A stretch of DNA of 62,739 nt, counting the filler, from Phoronis australis (taxonomy: Eukaryota > Animalia > Phoronida), in the NCBI GenBank assembly GCA_002633005.1. It is 7 parts of 7 records of this genome, joined end to end, with 100 filler letters (N's around TTAATTAATTAA, not from the genome) between each part and the next. Parts side by side here need not be neighbours in the genome. Positions count along the whole stretch, not along the records: positions 23,236 to 50,559 come from NMRA01001317.1; 6 more parts are not named here. One strand, given 5' to 3'. Shown here piece by piece: positions 36,095 to 49,100 of the stretch. The translations under genes and the position numbers were made by a program. Positions within the stretch are counted from its first letter, which is position 1; every line of letters begins with the position of its first letter. Below the pieces are notes generated by a model that made no database searches, was not told the origin of the DNA, and worked only from the letters and a program-made list of their open reading frames with translations.

Positions 36095-39000
36095 ATGGCG
36101 GCATTGATAGTTTGTGGGTTGTTGTCTGCTTTTTCCGTCTCTGGATTTCACGCCACAGATGTTCCACCTAGCAATCCGCTGGTGGACATGCTTCAGAAAC
36201 AACAGGTTCTGCTAGAAAACATTCAGAGGGAGACGGCCTCAAAAATCAATGAACTGAGTAGCGGAATAAAAGCTTTTGAGGCAAAATTAATTGCTCGTTT
36301 TGATGAGATCAACGAAAAACTCGTGACTGCGACATCGCAATGCCCTTTCGGTTTCATAAAAAACGAATTCGGCTGTTTTAAGTTTATCTACGATAAAATA
36401 AGCTGGGATGAAGCTCTTCAGCGCTGCAGGCAAGATCATGGCTATTTGGCCGAATTTCAGTCAAAAGAAAAACTTGACACTGTCCTGGCTACGATGGACC
36501 AGCAAGGAAGACCTGATTTGGAAGGATGGTATGCAATAGGCGCGAAAAGGCGCGATGTCGACGGGAAGTTCGTGTGGGCTGAATCAAAAACACCACTTAC
36601 ATACAATAATCGGGCTGCACTAAGTAAGTCTATTGATTTTAAACCATCTTGCCATCGCATAGTGTGAATAGATTTGCTAGTGGTGTGTTACGCCCTCTAG
36701 TGCGCTTGCTGTGCTGTTTAACCAACTGGACTTTGGCTGTCGATAATGTTTCCAAAGTAAAGACAAAATGCCACGGAAGTCCCATATAGGGAGAATCAAT
36801 AGTTTCTTTAAGCTGTTTCATGCAAATATTAGAAATGCCCGCTTCAAGTGAAAGCAACTTATAATCTAACCAGTTTTGGTACTGGACCAAGCGGTGAAAA
36901 TTCTTACATATGGGAATTCCCCGAGACTGCGAGCGATCAATTTCAGCGCCCGTATTTGTTAAATTGTTCCAACTTCCCAAGTAGGTAATTTTTGGCAGAA
37001 TTTTAAAATTTTAATCACTTCGTGCATTCAACAATACTTTCGATTGAAAGAACAACTTTTTCCACTAATGCACTATAGAATATTGCAGTTTTTAAGGCGA
37101 AGGCAACCTTTTTCCATGTCATTTTGAGCTAAAATAAGGTTGGTTGGTTATCCTAGACATATTTTCCACTTAATTACAGCTTTTCGTAATTTTATAAATT
37201 ACTCGTCCGCTACTCCGTAAGTGACGTTTTAGGAGGCAAGCGTTTCCCGCCACTTGGTTTTGAGTTGACTTTACCGTGCGAATCTGTTCTATTCTACTTT
37301 TGTTTTGTGCTGTTTTTCAACAATTGTCGCCACCCCTTTCCATCGGCGAGTATTCTGCGGCAAGAAAAGCTAGTAGAGAACTCAACTACGTTGGATTTAG
37401 GGATTGTTTAATGCGTTGTAAGCTGAAAATGGCTGGAGTCAGTGACCCGTATCACAGTGACAGTAGTGTGAGTGACGGAGACCTTCTTCACAGCAGTGGT
37501 GACGAGGAATTTTTTCACGGACATTCAGTGGGTGGCATGATTGAGCCCGAGTATGACGAGGCAGAGTATGCGCAGTCACAGAGAGAAACGAGGCGGCTAC
37601 TGAGGACAGACGTGGTGACTTATCTTGGTGCAAATGCACTGTGTGCGTTGTCATGCCTACCTCAATGGAATGCTTGTGCTGTTCAGAGTTCGACGAGGCC
37701 AAGCCACTACTGGACATGGTTAAGTGGACCTCCGGCATACCACGGACAGAGGAACAACTGTCCCACTTGCCAGAATGTCCCGCGACACACTTCCACTGGA
37801 TGGTAACCTGAGTACCCAAACTGCTTACATCGTGTCGTGTGACTCCCTCGCCACACACCTGGCACCTTCTAAATAGCTCCAACACTTTAGACAAGTCCAC
37901 AATAAACTTATCAAAGTTTGGCTCACCGATCTTTTCACTGGACGACGAACTGTCCTCTTCACTGGGTGTCGAACTGAGCCTGTAATCACTCCCACTACTC
38001 AATATCGCTGCAGGGCTGCTTAGAGGCTCTGGGCTGGAGAAAACAGCACAGGGCGAATCACTACTGGTTCCAGGAATTGCACGCTCTGGGGTACGTTCGG
38101 AGGCACGGGTGACAGTGGATGAAGTGCCTCCATTGGCTCCAGTCACTGTACTGGCCACAGCTCGCGAGGCTTCTCGCTTCAAAAACGTACTTCTCGGGGC
38201 TGGCGACGGGGCACTGCCGGGAATCAACACAGACGGAATGGCATCCTTCTTCAGACGTTGTTTCGCAGGGACCTTCATCAGTTCAGCGTACAAATCCCTT
38301 TCGTAATCGGACGGCAGAAAGTGCTTGCCACACACACGGTAATTCTCTACTGCTTTGTACGTTGCGTGGACGGGTAACGCTGCGTTCTTCACACGAATGA
38401 GACAAGTACGGCGAAGTGTGTCATCCATCGGAAAGCGATGCAAAGGATACTCCCAAAGCGCGCGTGAGCCCATAATTAGTACATCCTGGTACGCAGCAAC
38501 AGTGTGGCATGTTGACTGACTAGTAATGAAAGCAAACGACGACGGAACTTAACACAACCGAGGTAGAACAATGACTGATTTGGCAGCTCTCACAGTCAAA
38601 AAAGTATGAAAAGAAATTGGCGCGAAATGCTTGCCTCCTAAAACGTCACTTCCGGAGTAGCGGACGAGTAATTAATAAAATTACGAAAAGCTGTAATTAA
38701 GTGGAAAATATGTCTAGGATAACCAACCAACCTTATTTTAGCTCAAAATGACATGGAAAAAGGTTGCCTTCGCCTTTAAGCTATGAATATGTTATGTATC
38801 GCAATATTTAGCAGTTTGCAGGAGATGTACATGTACTTGTTGAGGTAGAAAACAAAAATAGTGAAGCACAGTACAAGGCAACTGGGGCTGTTTTGGCGAA
38901 GTTTTTAGGACGCCCCGGTCGGGCTCCGCTTTCGCTCTAGATGCCACAGTTGTGACAAGAGGGAGTGAATTTGGAACAAAAATAGACCCAGTTAAGCATA

Positions 39001-39144
39001 CATCACTTGTCTATCTTTGCAGGTGTGTCACTAACGCACAAGTGTCTGTTTCTACGTTACGAAAAGGCCAGCACTCACGATTCCAAGTTTGACGACGACG
39101 CCTGCTCCTACAAGGCATATGCCATTTGTGAAATAAACAGATAG
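36095..39144 (+). CDS. Secreted C-type lectin domain protein with coiled-coil neck; exons 36095-36623 and 39023-39144
   Basis: signal peptide; CPFGF...CFKF...SWDEALQRC...YLAEF...YAIGA...FVW; exon 2 gives KCLFL...FDDDACSYKAYAICE and a stop; phase-1 GT-AG intron. Confidence 0.92.
37429..37715 (+). pseudogene. KolX accessory protein N-terminal remnant (P2X7 cytoplasmic ballast-like Cys cluster), frameshifted
   Basis: MAGVSDP...GMIEPEY, then after a shift near 37585 DRRGDLSWCKCTVCVVMPTSMECLCCSEFDE. Confidence 0.8.
37716..38510 (-). pseudogene. Kolobok transposase 5' part: THAP domain plus CxxC..C..H region, truncated, one frameshift
   Basis: MPHCCCVPGCTN.../HRFP...RVCGKHF...LKKDAIPSV; KFIVDLSKVLELFRRCQVC...WKCVAGHSGKWDS; frameshift near 38443. 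Confidence 0.88.
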
Positions 39145-40591
39145 ACTTATTGGAAAAACACATTTTCAAAAAACGAATAACTATCAAATTTCAACACCAC
39201 AGATTTGTGTAGTTTTAGACTGAAATATGCATATTCCCAATCTTCAAATACATAAAAATCATCATCAGAAAGTGTTATTTTGTCTAAAAAACTAATAACA
39301 CCGACTTTTCATGCTGTGCAATTTCCACAAGAACACACACCAAAGCAGTATATATTTACACCGATATTGAACTTACAATTGTACGTGTTTCCGTTTCTGA
39401 GCGGTTACTCGTACGTGGAAAAAAATAAAATACGATAGCAATGAAGCAACAAATTTGTGTTCTTTCTGGGAGGCCCAACCTGCTCTGCTAGGTTACTGGA
39501 CCCTCTCATTTTTATGACCATTCATCAGGCGTAAGGGTTCGGAGCCGTCTACGCAAGGTACTAGTCTATAGTAACTAATCCAAAGGCAGAACAATTTATG
39601 ATAGAGAGCTTGAAATACTGTGTTCGAAATTAATTAATGTAATCTATCTCCTCCTTCTGCCATTTTCAAAATATTCAGTGAAAAAGATCCTCGAGCTAAC
39701 GTACGTAATGCCGTGTAAAGTGCATGGCGTATGCCAATCGAATAATAAATGAATTATATTGTCAAAGTAATTAGCAATGAATCAATAACTAGTTAATACA
39801 TTGTAACACGTGATCATGATCAACAGGCACATTTTGAGTGGAATCGGAACTATCAAACTCTGCTGCACTTTCAATATATGACACCAGTGTGTTCAGTAGT
39901 CAGTCAAGAACAACAAAAATCCGTTTCACAAACGCGCGATCAAACTAATGACAACGACTCTAAATTTTTGTAAAGTGCATCCCAAGTTTCAGCAACGCGT
40001 GTTTTGTGTCATGGAATTGTCTGTAAGCTAACAATACGTTTATAATTGCAACACGTAAGAGAATGTGCGTAGTCACTCACCTTAGATCACCGTTGGAACT
40101 GGGTAGAAAGTGATACCTAAGCGGCGCTCTCTCAGTATTCCAGCTCAACATCAGAAACCGGCCGTAGCTCCGACTATCATATGAATCTGACAGTGTGTGT
40201 TTTTCAGTTTGGTCTGGCTAAACGCTAACAGGAGGTATCCACTTCCCTGGACCATTGAGCCGCTGTGATTGCGCTGGTACCGCTCACAGGACACTTAGGG
40301 ATCACTAATCAAACGGTGAAAACTAAATCACGATGGTCGTGCTGAAACTCTGTTTTGATGATTTCAATCAATCTTTGATCTGGCACCTGCTAATGCATCA
40401 TTGGCTACAATCATTCAAGTTAAAGGCAGGAATCAACTAAAAGCTCATACTCCCTATGACACAGTTGGGCATTATTGTCCTTCAAGTTGGTGGGTGCGGG
40501 TTGTTTCAGTGACCTAGAGTTTCCGTGCGGCCAAAAGCGTAAGTCAATGTTTGCCCGTTTAGCAGACTTTGAAAGGAGGTTCAAAATTTCC

Positions 40592-40816
40592 CATGCGCGC
40601 ACCCAGGGGGGCTCGGGGGGCTCGAACGAGCCCCACATTTGGCGAAGTGGGCAAAAAGGTCCACCCCCGAGAGACAGAAAGTCCAAGAAATTGGGACAAA
40701 AGTCCACTAAATAAGCGCAAACGCGCAATTCACAGTGGTACTCGCGTTTTTTTCTTTGATCCACCTGCTCTTTTGTTAGCACTAAAAGGTCTAATTGAAG
40801 GCTGGGTGCGCATATG
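40592..40816 (+). mobile_element. MITE family E copy
   Basis: TIRs as at 32059; perfect 5-bp TSD tttcc. Confidence 0.85.
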
Positions 40817-41044
40817 TTTCCTCCAAACTTTTGAAGGTTGTCTAGGGTTACAGAGTATTATTTTGTTTCTGAGAGCTGGATGGGAAAGTCGTGATACTAG
40901 AGAAGTTTCGCAAAGCGACGTGAACGTGAATACAGTAACAATAATGGTTTTTGCAATAGCTAAATGTTTACGTCAACGTGAAAATAAACGTGAACTGAAT
41001 AACTGAGCTCAGGGTGTCCAGTTATCGCCAGACATATATGCTAC

Positions 41045-41286
41045 CAGTGGCAGGTCTACGTTTCAGTAACGGGGTGGGGGTTAGGATTCTAGCGAATCCG
41101 AGACGCGTAGCGCCGAGCGGAAGGAAGGTCGGGAGGGGGTTGGCCGCCTTCCCTTTAAGATTTTGGGGATTTTTTAGTAGTTGATTTCGTTTTTCTGGCG
41201 AAATTTTCTTCAATTTTTATGTTTGGTCCAGTCCCAAGGGGGGTGGGGTTTGAACCCCCTGAACCCCCCCTGTAGATCCGCCTCTG
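41045..41286. mobile_element. MITE with CAG..CTG ends
   Basis: cagtggcaggtctac / gtagatccgcctctg; 5-bp TSD gctac. Confidence 0.8.
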
Positions 41287-41322
41287 GCTACAGACATGCA
41301 AGATAGAAATATATGTTGAATG

Positions 41323-42191
41323 CAGTGGCGGATCTAGGATATCACAAAGGGTGGGGCAACATTTTGTTTGTAAGCATTTGCGCAAAGCACGATTATAGAT
41401 GCGCATAGCACCGAATGGGGGAGGTAGGGAGCGATTTTTTTTGTTTTCTCCTCTAAAAATCAAGCATTTTCCTTGATTCCTGAAGTATTATCCAAAAAGG
41501 CACAACAAACACGGAAAACTAGTGAAACAGGGAAAACTGCAAATACCACAGACTCGACTCTTGCGGATAGACCGCGCGTGCTTTACCACTACACCACCAA
41601 AAATTAACTCCTAATACGATACTAAGAGACCCATTTGTTTATGGTCCAGGGTGTTTGCGCGAGAAACCTACTTCATTTTGTAATGCTTATTACACGTTTT
41701 ATATTTCGTGCAATCGGTTCGTAATAAATTTGTTGCACTTAAAATAGTCTTCAATTGGCCAAAAGATCAAATCCGTTTTTCGTGCGGGCAATAATGACGG
41801 GATTGCTTTGGAAATCGTCTTTAGTCCGTTTGACAAAGAGAGAATTATGAGTTTCTGAGTGATTCACCAAGGCTTCGATTAAAATTCACATCTTACCAGC
41901 AGCTTCTGTTTTTTCATCGTCACTCAGGTTCCATTTTCTTTAAAAAATGAAGTAATTTTTTTCGTTGCACAGTGGAGCAGACGACGGAAACGGAGTCGTA
42001 GTGCGCAGCGCCGCCACTGCCGGTCGCCTGGGATATCGCGAGAGAGCCTAATAAACTTAGCCATAGTTCCGTTACGATTGCGCCGTGTTCCGAATTTGAC
42101 ACTTGAAATTGGATCTGANACACTAAAACTACACACATTTCAATCTTGCTTCATCCATGTAATATTTATTACACCCCTAAATCCGCCTATG
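41323..42191. mobile_element. ~870-bp MITE-like element
   Basis: cagtggcggatctagg / cctaaatccgcctatg; 6-bp direct flank tgaatg. Confidence 0.65.
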
Positions 42192-43069
42192 TGAATGTGA
42201 TAAAAGTCGTTTCTACGAACGCCTGCGAGAAATGACCAATTCTTGGAATGCGAAATTTATTCGCTGTTTAAAATAAATAGATGCATTTAAATTAAGCATG
42301 AACAAATTTTAAAAACACAAAATCATATCTGTAAAAATCCATTTTATTTCCATCATATCCAGCGAACACCGGCAGAATAGAGTTTGGAAAAAATGCTTTC
42401 TTGCAACTAAACTTTAAGAACAATTATAGACAAAAGAATCGTGCTCAATTTATACTGAAGCAAAGATTGAAAATTTTATCAAGAATTAATCTTTTCGATG
42501 TCCAACCAAATAAAAATAAAAAAGGGTCACAAGCTTTCGCGTTAAAGCGACGCGAATCCCTCTGTATTAGCTGGGATTACGTCACAGTCAACAATGACGT
42601 GTAATGAGGTACGCGTGATTATTCATTGATCACTTCACGTCGCTTAGTTTGCGAACTAAGCTCTCGTCAAAACCGGGTTTGGTCAGGTATCCTTCTAACG
42701 AATCCAAAGAGGATTATCCTAGCATTTGTATCTGATGATGTGCATGTAAAATACCAAAAATCAGTAGACAATTTTGAGTTTTTCTTTATTCACGTACAAC
42801 GGGTCCATTGAACCCTGTTGTGAGCACACTATCTACGGCCGGAGGCGAAACGAGCGGTAGAGGCATTCACTTCTAAACACCAATTTAAAGTTTTATTTCG
42901 ATTTGGAACAGGGAACGATGATGAAAATATCCGACTGGAGGCGGACTAATCATAGGCTCAGTTGTGACCCTGAAGCCAGGGCCATGTCAGTTCCTGGTAT
43001 ACGATCTGTGATGCATCAACAACAATATTCAACTTGGTAGTTCTGGGCACACGCATCTCTTAGCACAGC

Positions 43070-43125
43070 AAAGCGCCCTCTAACGTTGGACATTTGGCGG
43101 TGAGTGGCTTCCGCCATATTGAATA
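43070..43125 (+). promoter_or_regulatory. Putative proximal promoter/5' UTR motifs of the AKAP9-like gene
   Basis: ccgccatatt (YY1-like) and gcgccctcta motifs just upstream of the ATG at 43141. Confidence 0.3.
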
Positions 43126-43140
43126 AGACTTGTTAAGAAA

Positions 43141-46100
43141 ATGGATGAGGAAGAGCGACAGAAAAAGCTTCAAGCTGGGAAGGAAAGGGTACGTGCTTGA
43201 TCTGTGCGCAGTGTGTTACTATCGAGTAGTTTTCCGACAACAGTTTTTGATGAATTAGTTGATATATTCCCGCTTTCTTTAAGCAAGTGGGTGTAGGCCT
43301 GTGTGACGTGTCATGTTCACGAAAAAATCCCTGTCTAGAACTGCCGAAACCTGTTGAGTAGTAAATCGTAACTAACCATATATCTCCTTATTATCATCCT
43401 TTTTGTTTTACTTTAAATTTCCTAGTTTGCTAGTAATAAACACTGTGACACCTCTTCGTATTCTTCATTAGCAGAAACATGTTCTGAACTCTGGAGAATT
43501 TCAGTCACCCTCCGGACTCCTGGAGCGTCCATTCAAATAGGCAACTCGTAGCCCCTCGGTAGGCCATTTAGGGGCTACAATACTTCCCATCGCTTTCTGT
43601 ATGCATTTCGTCCCATGTATTTTAAACGGGTGGTAGGCCAAATCTGGCCACTGATTTTGAGTTTTCACCTCATCAAAAACATTCTACACATATTGTCTAC
43701 TAGTAATTATCTGACGGACCCTAAATATCGGACATTACATTAAATCTTACTTGAAGCATAATCTGAGAAATATGACACAAATTTTTGTTCCGTTGTAATG
43801 CATTCAATGTCCGGCACTGTCTCGTTTTTTTCTAGCGTTGCCTCGTTTTGATTTTGCCGAGAGAAGGTGCAATTAGGGCACTAGTCGGATATAATGGACC
43901 CTAACTTATTCCAAATAAACCCACTAAATGTAGGTCTAAATGAATGATTTTGGTATCGTTGCATTCCTCAGACATCTGGCTATCCATACAAACCCTTTTC
44001 ACGACCCTCAATTACTCTAGTCTTTAACTACGCCATTCCAAACTTGGTCCACTTTAGCCACGCGCATCGTGAAATCGGCAACCTGACAAAATTCCCAGCC
44101 AAGGGCCCCAGGTCGCCAAGTGGGAACTGAGGTTGCCAAACCTCGTGGCAAGAGCTAAAAATGAAATAATTGAGTCCTTTACCTGAAGTGAAAAAGGTGA
44201 GCTTGGCCATCAGATGCTGGCGCTACCCGAGATTGCCACTTGCTCGAATGGAAATTAGGGAGTGTTTCGCGTATTGGGTAATGACCAGTTTGCAACTCTC
44301 AGGCCAAATATCCCATGTTCGGGCTCACCTGAGGCTCAAGAACAAGATGGCACCATGCGATTTCTGCTGAGAGATTCCTACTTTTATCACATTACTTCTG
44401 AGTGCTAATGTTACCACCCAGGGAATGGCACATCTCAGAATCTGTTTGGACTTGACGTAGCCAGGTGATCATGAATTGGGTTGGAGGTCCAAAATGGGTT
44501 TCCGCATCTTTATTATACGGTACTTTAGTTTAACAAGGAAAAACTATGTCTGTTAAAGAATCCTAGGCCAGTGTTTTCACCTGACAATGTATGCAATGCA
44601 TTGTCACTTAAGAAGAAACTGTGGTCAGTAAAGTTAGCGGGAGTGAATCTCACTGGGGAAGTATTAAATGAACGTTGACCCACTACATCAAAATAAACTA
44701 AAGAGTTTGACCCAAAAACAAGAGCTAGGGTGTCATTGATAGCGCTTTATGGTGCTTTTATAAAAACATTCTTTAACCACACGTTTGACTTTGAAAATGT
44801 CTAGAGCGTGACTTTGATGAAAACCTTCGGATTTTTAGTTCCCATACTGGCTCTGCATGAACCCTATCTCATTCAGTGTTTTCATGATTTTTCTTGTTTG
44901 AGAATCTTCCTTGGAGAGTGAAATTTCTCACTTAAGCACTTTTCTAATACCAGGGTCCAGGATCTGATTTCCAGACTCCATTCGGTGTGGCGACTTCGTG
45001 GTCAATTAGGATTTTTGCTTGGTCGCCAAACAAAATCTGAGGTTGCATTGAGTGCTAAATAAATTATGACTATGATTTTTCTTAAAAAATCTCAAAAGTT
45101 TCATAAATCAAAAGCCAAATTATAATTTTGAAAACTGTAACAGCATTCTTGAGAATACTTATTGAACATTTGTATCAAACAATATTCAGAAAGTTTTACG
45201 TGGCAAATTATTTGTTTTTCCACCGTAAAGTTTGTTAAGTTGATGGTAATACGAATCAGTAGAAATGTTGGTGGTTTATGAAGTCTTATGGGTTTGGTGA
45301 TTTGTTTACTGTTAGTGGTTAAAACGGTCAATAGTGGTCAAAGACCTAGACAGCTGGTTTGTTTGATTGGTTAGATATGGAATCATACCAAATCTCCCCA
45401 TACGCAAGGTTGGCGATGTTTCTTGCGGGTGCTGCGCCACAAAATACAACTCGCTAACATTGAAAAACGAGCCCGTATCATTCAACGTTAATTTCAAAAT
45501 TTCGTTCATGGTTTATTTTGTGGTGTTTTTAATAATTCTGGGATGTCCAGTATTACCTATTTGTAAAATTTAGTGCATGCTGAGAACTTGAGCAAAGTAA
45601 TTAATTATTCACTGTACCCAGACGTGGGGAATTTTCGCCTTGTATTAAATGAAATTTGTTCAACGATCCTCTCTTTTTGCCAGATTTTTTGCCTAAGACA
45701 TGATCACATGACTCCAATAACAGCGATTGGTATAAAGTCAAAAATCGAATTCTAAAGCTTTCTACATTCAGAGACTTTTCCTGCTCAACTTAAAATGTGT
45801 AGTTGAAATTTTTAATTCGGCGCTTGTTTCTGTCAAATTCTGGTTCATTTGTGATATTCCTGTAATCTGTTCATGATTGATAACTGTTACAGTTGCTGCT
45901 CTTGATAAATTCTGGTCATTCACTTGCAAATGGTTACTAAGAAACATTTGGCACAAAACAAACAGTTGTTTGTGAGATTACCAGTCTGCAATTCATGATC
46001 ATTTCAGGTCACTGATAAGCCTTCATTTTTTTGAGACCATTTACAATGGTACAAAAGCCTAGACTTACCCTAGAGGCCTGGACTGGCCAATAATGCCATT

Positions 46101-49100
46101 CTAGTTAGATCCACTTGGATACCAACAGTGAAGAAAGAACTCTACCTGAAATTTATCTGGTCTCTACATGCTACTATCAGATTTCTCGGCAACGGGATTC
46201 GTATTTAAATGGCCTGTGGTTAGTTAGGGCCGCTGAAAGTACAAAAACTGGACAGAATAAAAGTCAATTCTGTTTTGAAAGTTCAAAAGTTCAATGCTAC
46301 TTTATATACCCAGTCCAATTTAGAAGGTCTCCTGTGTTTGCATTCTAAATTGAGTTCTTGCAGTGATACTATAAGGAAATCAACTCTTTTGTGCAGATTC
46401 ATAAATCAAGCATGTTTTAAAATCTAATCCTATTGGCCATTAACGAAACAAACCCAGTTGCATTTATGTCCAATCCATGTATCACTTCCCGTGATATTTA
46501 CAGTTACTAGTACCCAAACTTCAGATCAGTAAATTCCTTATTGTCATTTCCGGTTCCAATACAGTGTATGTGCTGTGAACTCATGTCAGTATGGGTGGTC
46601 GTTCACATTACATTCACAACCCTAGCCTTGTACAGTAATTGTTCGCTTGCTTAACATAGGTGGCCGACATGTAACGCCTATTTTGTCAAAAATTCTCCAC
46701 AAAAAATAGAGATTAAGGAATTTTTAGTTAAATATTACTAGCATGGTTAGCAGTGTGTATATCTTACAGGTAGGTTATCATTCTTCGGAAATGGAAAAAC
46801 AATCATTTTGGAAATTTATTTTGTGCAAAATAAGTGGAGACTTTCCGCACTCAGGCTCACCTTACTCAGTGGAGTTTGAGCAGGTGACTAGAACTGAGCC
46901 AGACTCAAGACTGAATGTAATTTTCACTGACTGGGTGGTCCCCTTGTGCAATAAATAAAGCAGCAAATACTGGGTTGTTTCAAATCTTTGTCACTGCTCT
47001 TTACACTAATCCGTCCTCACACGTAATATCTGTCTGTTTCAGTTGGCTGCCTTTCAGCGGAAAAAGACGCGCAAAAAGAAAAAGAAAACTGACGGTGGGG
47101 ACACTGCCAGCGAATCATCATTTGGGGAGGTTTCTTTGACCTCCTCGTTATCATACGAAGAGGTAAGAATCGTGACCTGATTGCAGCTAACATTCTTGAG
47201 ACTAGTTTACTTAGGCGGGAGGTCACAGGTGGTATGTGATTGCTAGTTGACTAAAAAGCCCTCTGTGTTTGTTCGTTTGAGTAAATGCTCTTATCAGCTA
47301 CAAACTAGCAAGCTACTGCCAGTTGAATATTCTCAAAGCATTAAGGAGGAAATGGGCTGTATTTAGTGCAGTGCAATGAGATGTGAAAATCTGGAAAAAC
47401 CTGGAAGGTTGTTTTAGTTTGGGTTGAACTAGAAACTAAAATTCAACCTGTTGTATTGCTATACATTCCTCGTGTTTGTTGGATAGCTTGATATTCAGTC
47501 ATTGGATGTGCACATTTAGGTGTCCATTATTTGGATAGGGTTTTCTTGAAATAATAAAAAAGTTCTCTGACTCGTTATACCTGGATGTGTTATATAATAG
47601 TAAAGGTTGGCTGTCTATGCAGAAACTGGTCTATCATACTGCTTGAGTTTTGCAGAATGCCCAACATCTCAATAAAAGCCATTTCCTTCCTGTTTATTGA
47701 AAAGAACGTCTACCGGCTGTCTGACAATTACTGGGAATATATTGTTTTCTTATGCACTGGTCTGTGTGTTGTCGTGATCAATATGTTTGCACAATCCCAT
47801 TTCACACTAATGGGCAATAATCTATATTAGCAGCGCGGCATTCAAGGTTACACACCAGTAACAACATACTTGGAACGACATATAGTCTTTGTTTTAAAGC
47901 TATTTACTGACACAATCGGGACATTTTAGAATGCACAGGCTGATGTTATAATAAATTTTTATCAACGCCAACCATTTGATCTATTTTCAGAGTCTAGAAG
48001 GATCAAGTGCAGATGAAATGGCTAGTTTGGTAAGATCTTTAATTGTTGTTCAATTTTTTGAAATTAGTTAAATTTTTGTAGTATTCAGGGTTCTTCCTCG
48101 GTAATAATCCATAGATGGCGCAAATTGTTGTCTCCTAATTTTGTTTTCTGCCAATTCAAGCCAACATTTACTCATTATTGTCAGTAAATGTCACCCACTA
48201 AGTAATTTAGTTACTGTGCAAAGTATCCAGTGGTGAAAAGGAAGACTTTTCCAGACTGGAAAGAAAGCCTATGTAAATGGGGGAGAAACCAGCAATTCTT
48301 TTCTTTTGTTGAATTAGCCAATACTCAACTCTTTAAATACTGCTGAAGGGCTATTGGAGGGCTTTTCACCAAACCAAATCAAATTTCCTTGACATATTTC
48401 AAGGCTTGGAATTTTCCGCGGAAACGCGGATTTCCGCTTTTTTCAAATGTTCTGTCAGCGCATTTTATTATATTTCCGCATAAAAAATTGGATTTGATAT
48501 AAAATATCCGCGGCAAATTCCTTTCTCACCACGGCGTTGCCGACGACGTTCTCCTCGAAAAACGGAAGTTGCTCTTTATGTTTCGGAGGAACGTAAATTG
48601 TCAACATTGCCGGGGCATCTGGGATAGCGTGGTGGGATTTTCAATGTCGTCTCGTGTGATTGTAAACCACGGTGACAAATACTACGGCTCTGCAGCCAAA
48701 AATGTGTGGGTGGGGGACGAGATAAAAAGTGATGGTGGTAACGTTTTTTTAGTCCTCCCGATTTTTGTCGGCTAAAGGTTCACATCGACTATTTCAAGGC
48801 TGGGTAGCGCGCATGTTTTGGGCCGTAAAAGTTTCCGCGATTTTTGTCATTGGTCATTCCAAGCCCTGATATTTACGACACCGCAAATGGTCTTACGGGT
48901 TACATTTGTCCTGTTTTTACTTTTGTCTAACAACGACGAATCAAGTCGTCTGCCGTCTTGTAATCTCAGTTTTTTGACCTAATGACATCATGTAGTGACC
49001 TGAATGCCAGGTAATCAGCCAAGTGAATACTACAGTTCACGAGTTCACATAAATGCAAACGATGGAGTGACAAGCGAATAGTAAAAAGTTGAATCTTAGA

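Larger units (their letters stand above)
37095..38775 (-). mobile_element. Internally deleted Kolobok transposon (family G) in the lectin intron
   Basis: ~158-bp TIRs (37095-37252, 38618-38775) starting AGGCG; flanks ttta / ttaa; convergent transposase and KolX remnants. Confidence 0.92.

Noticed and set aside
37439-38473. 344-aa ORF as a domesticated THAP host gene
   Set aside because: It lies between TIRs, lacks the first THAP cysteines because of a frameshift, and its tail is antisense KolX sequence
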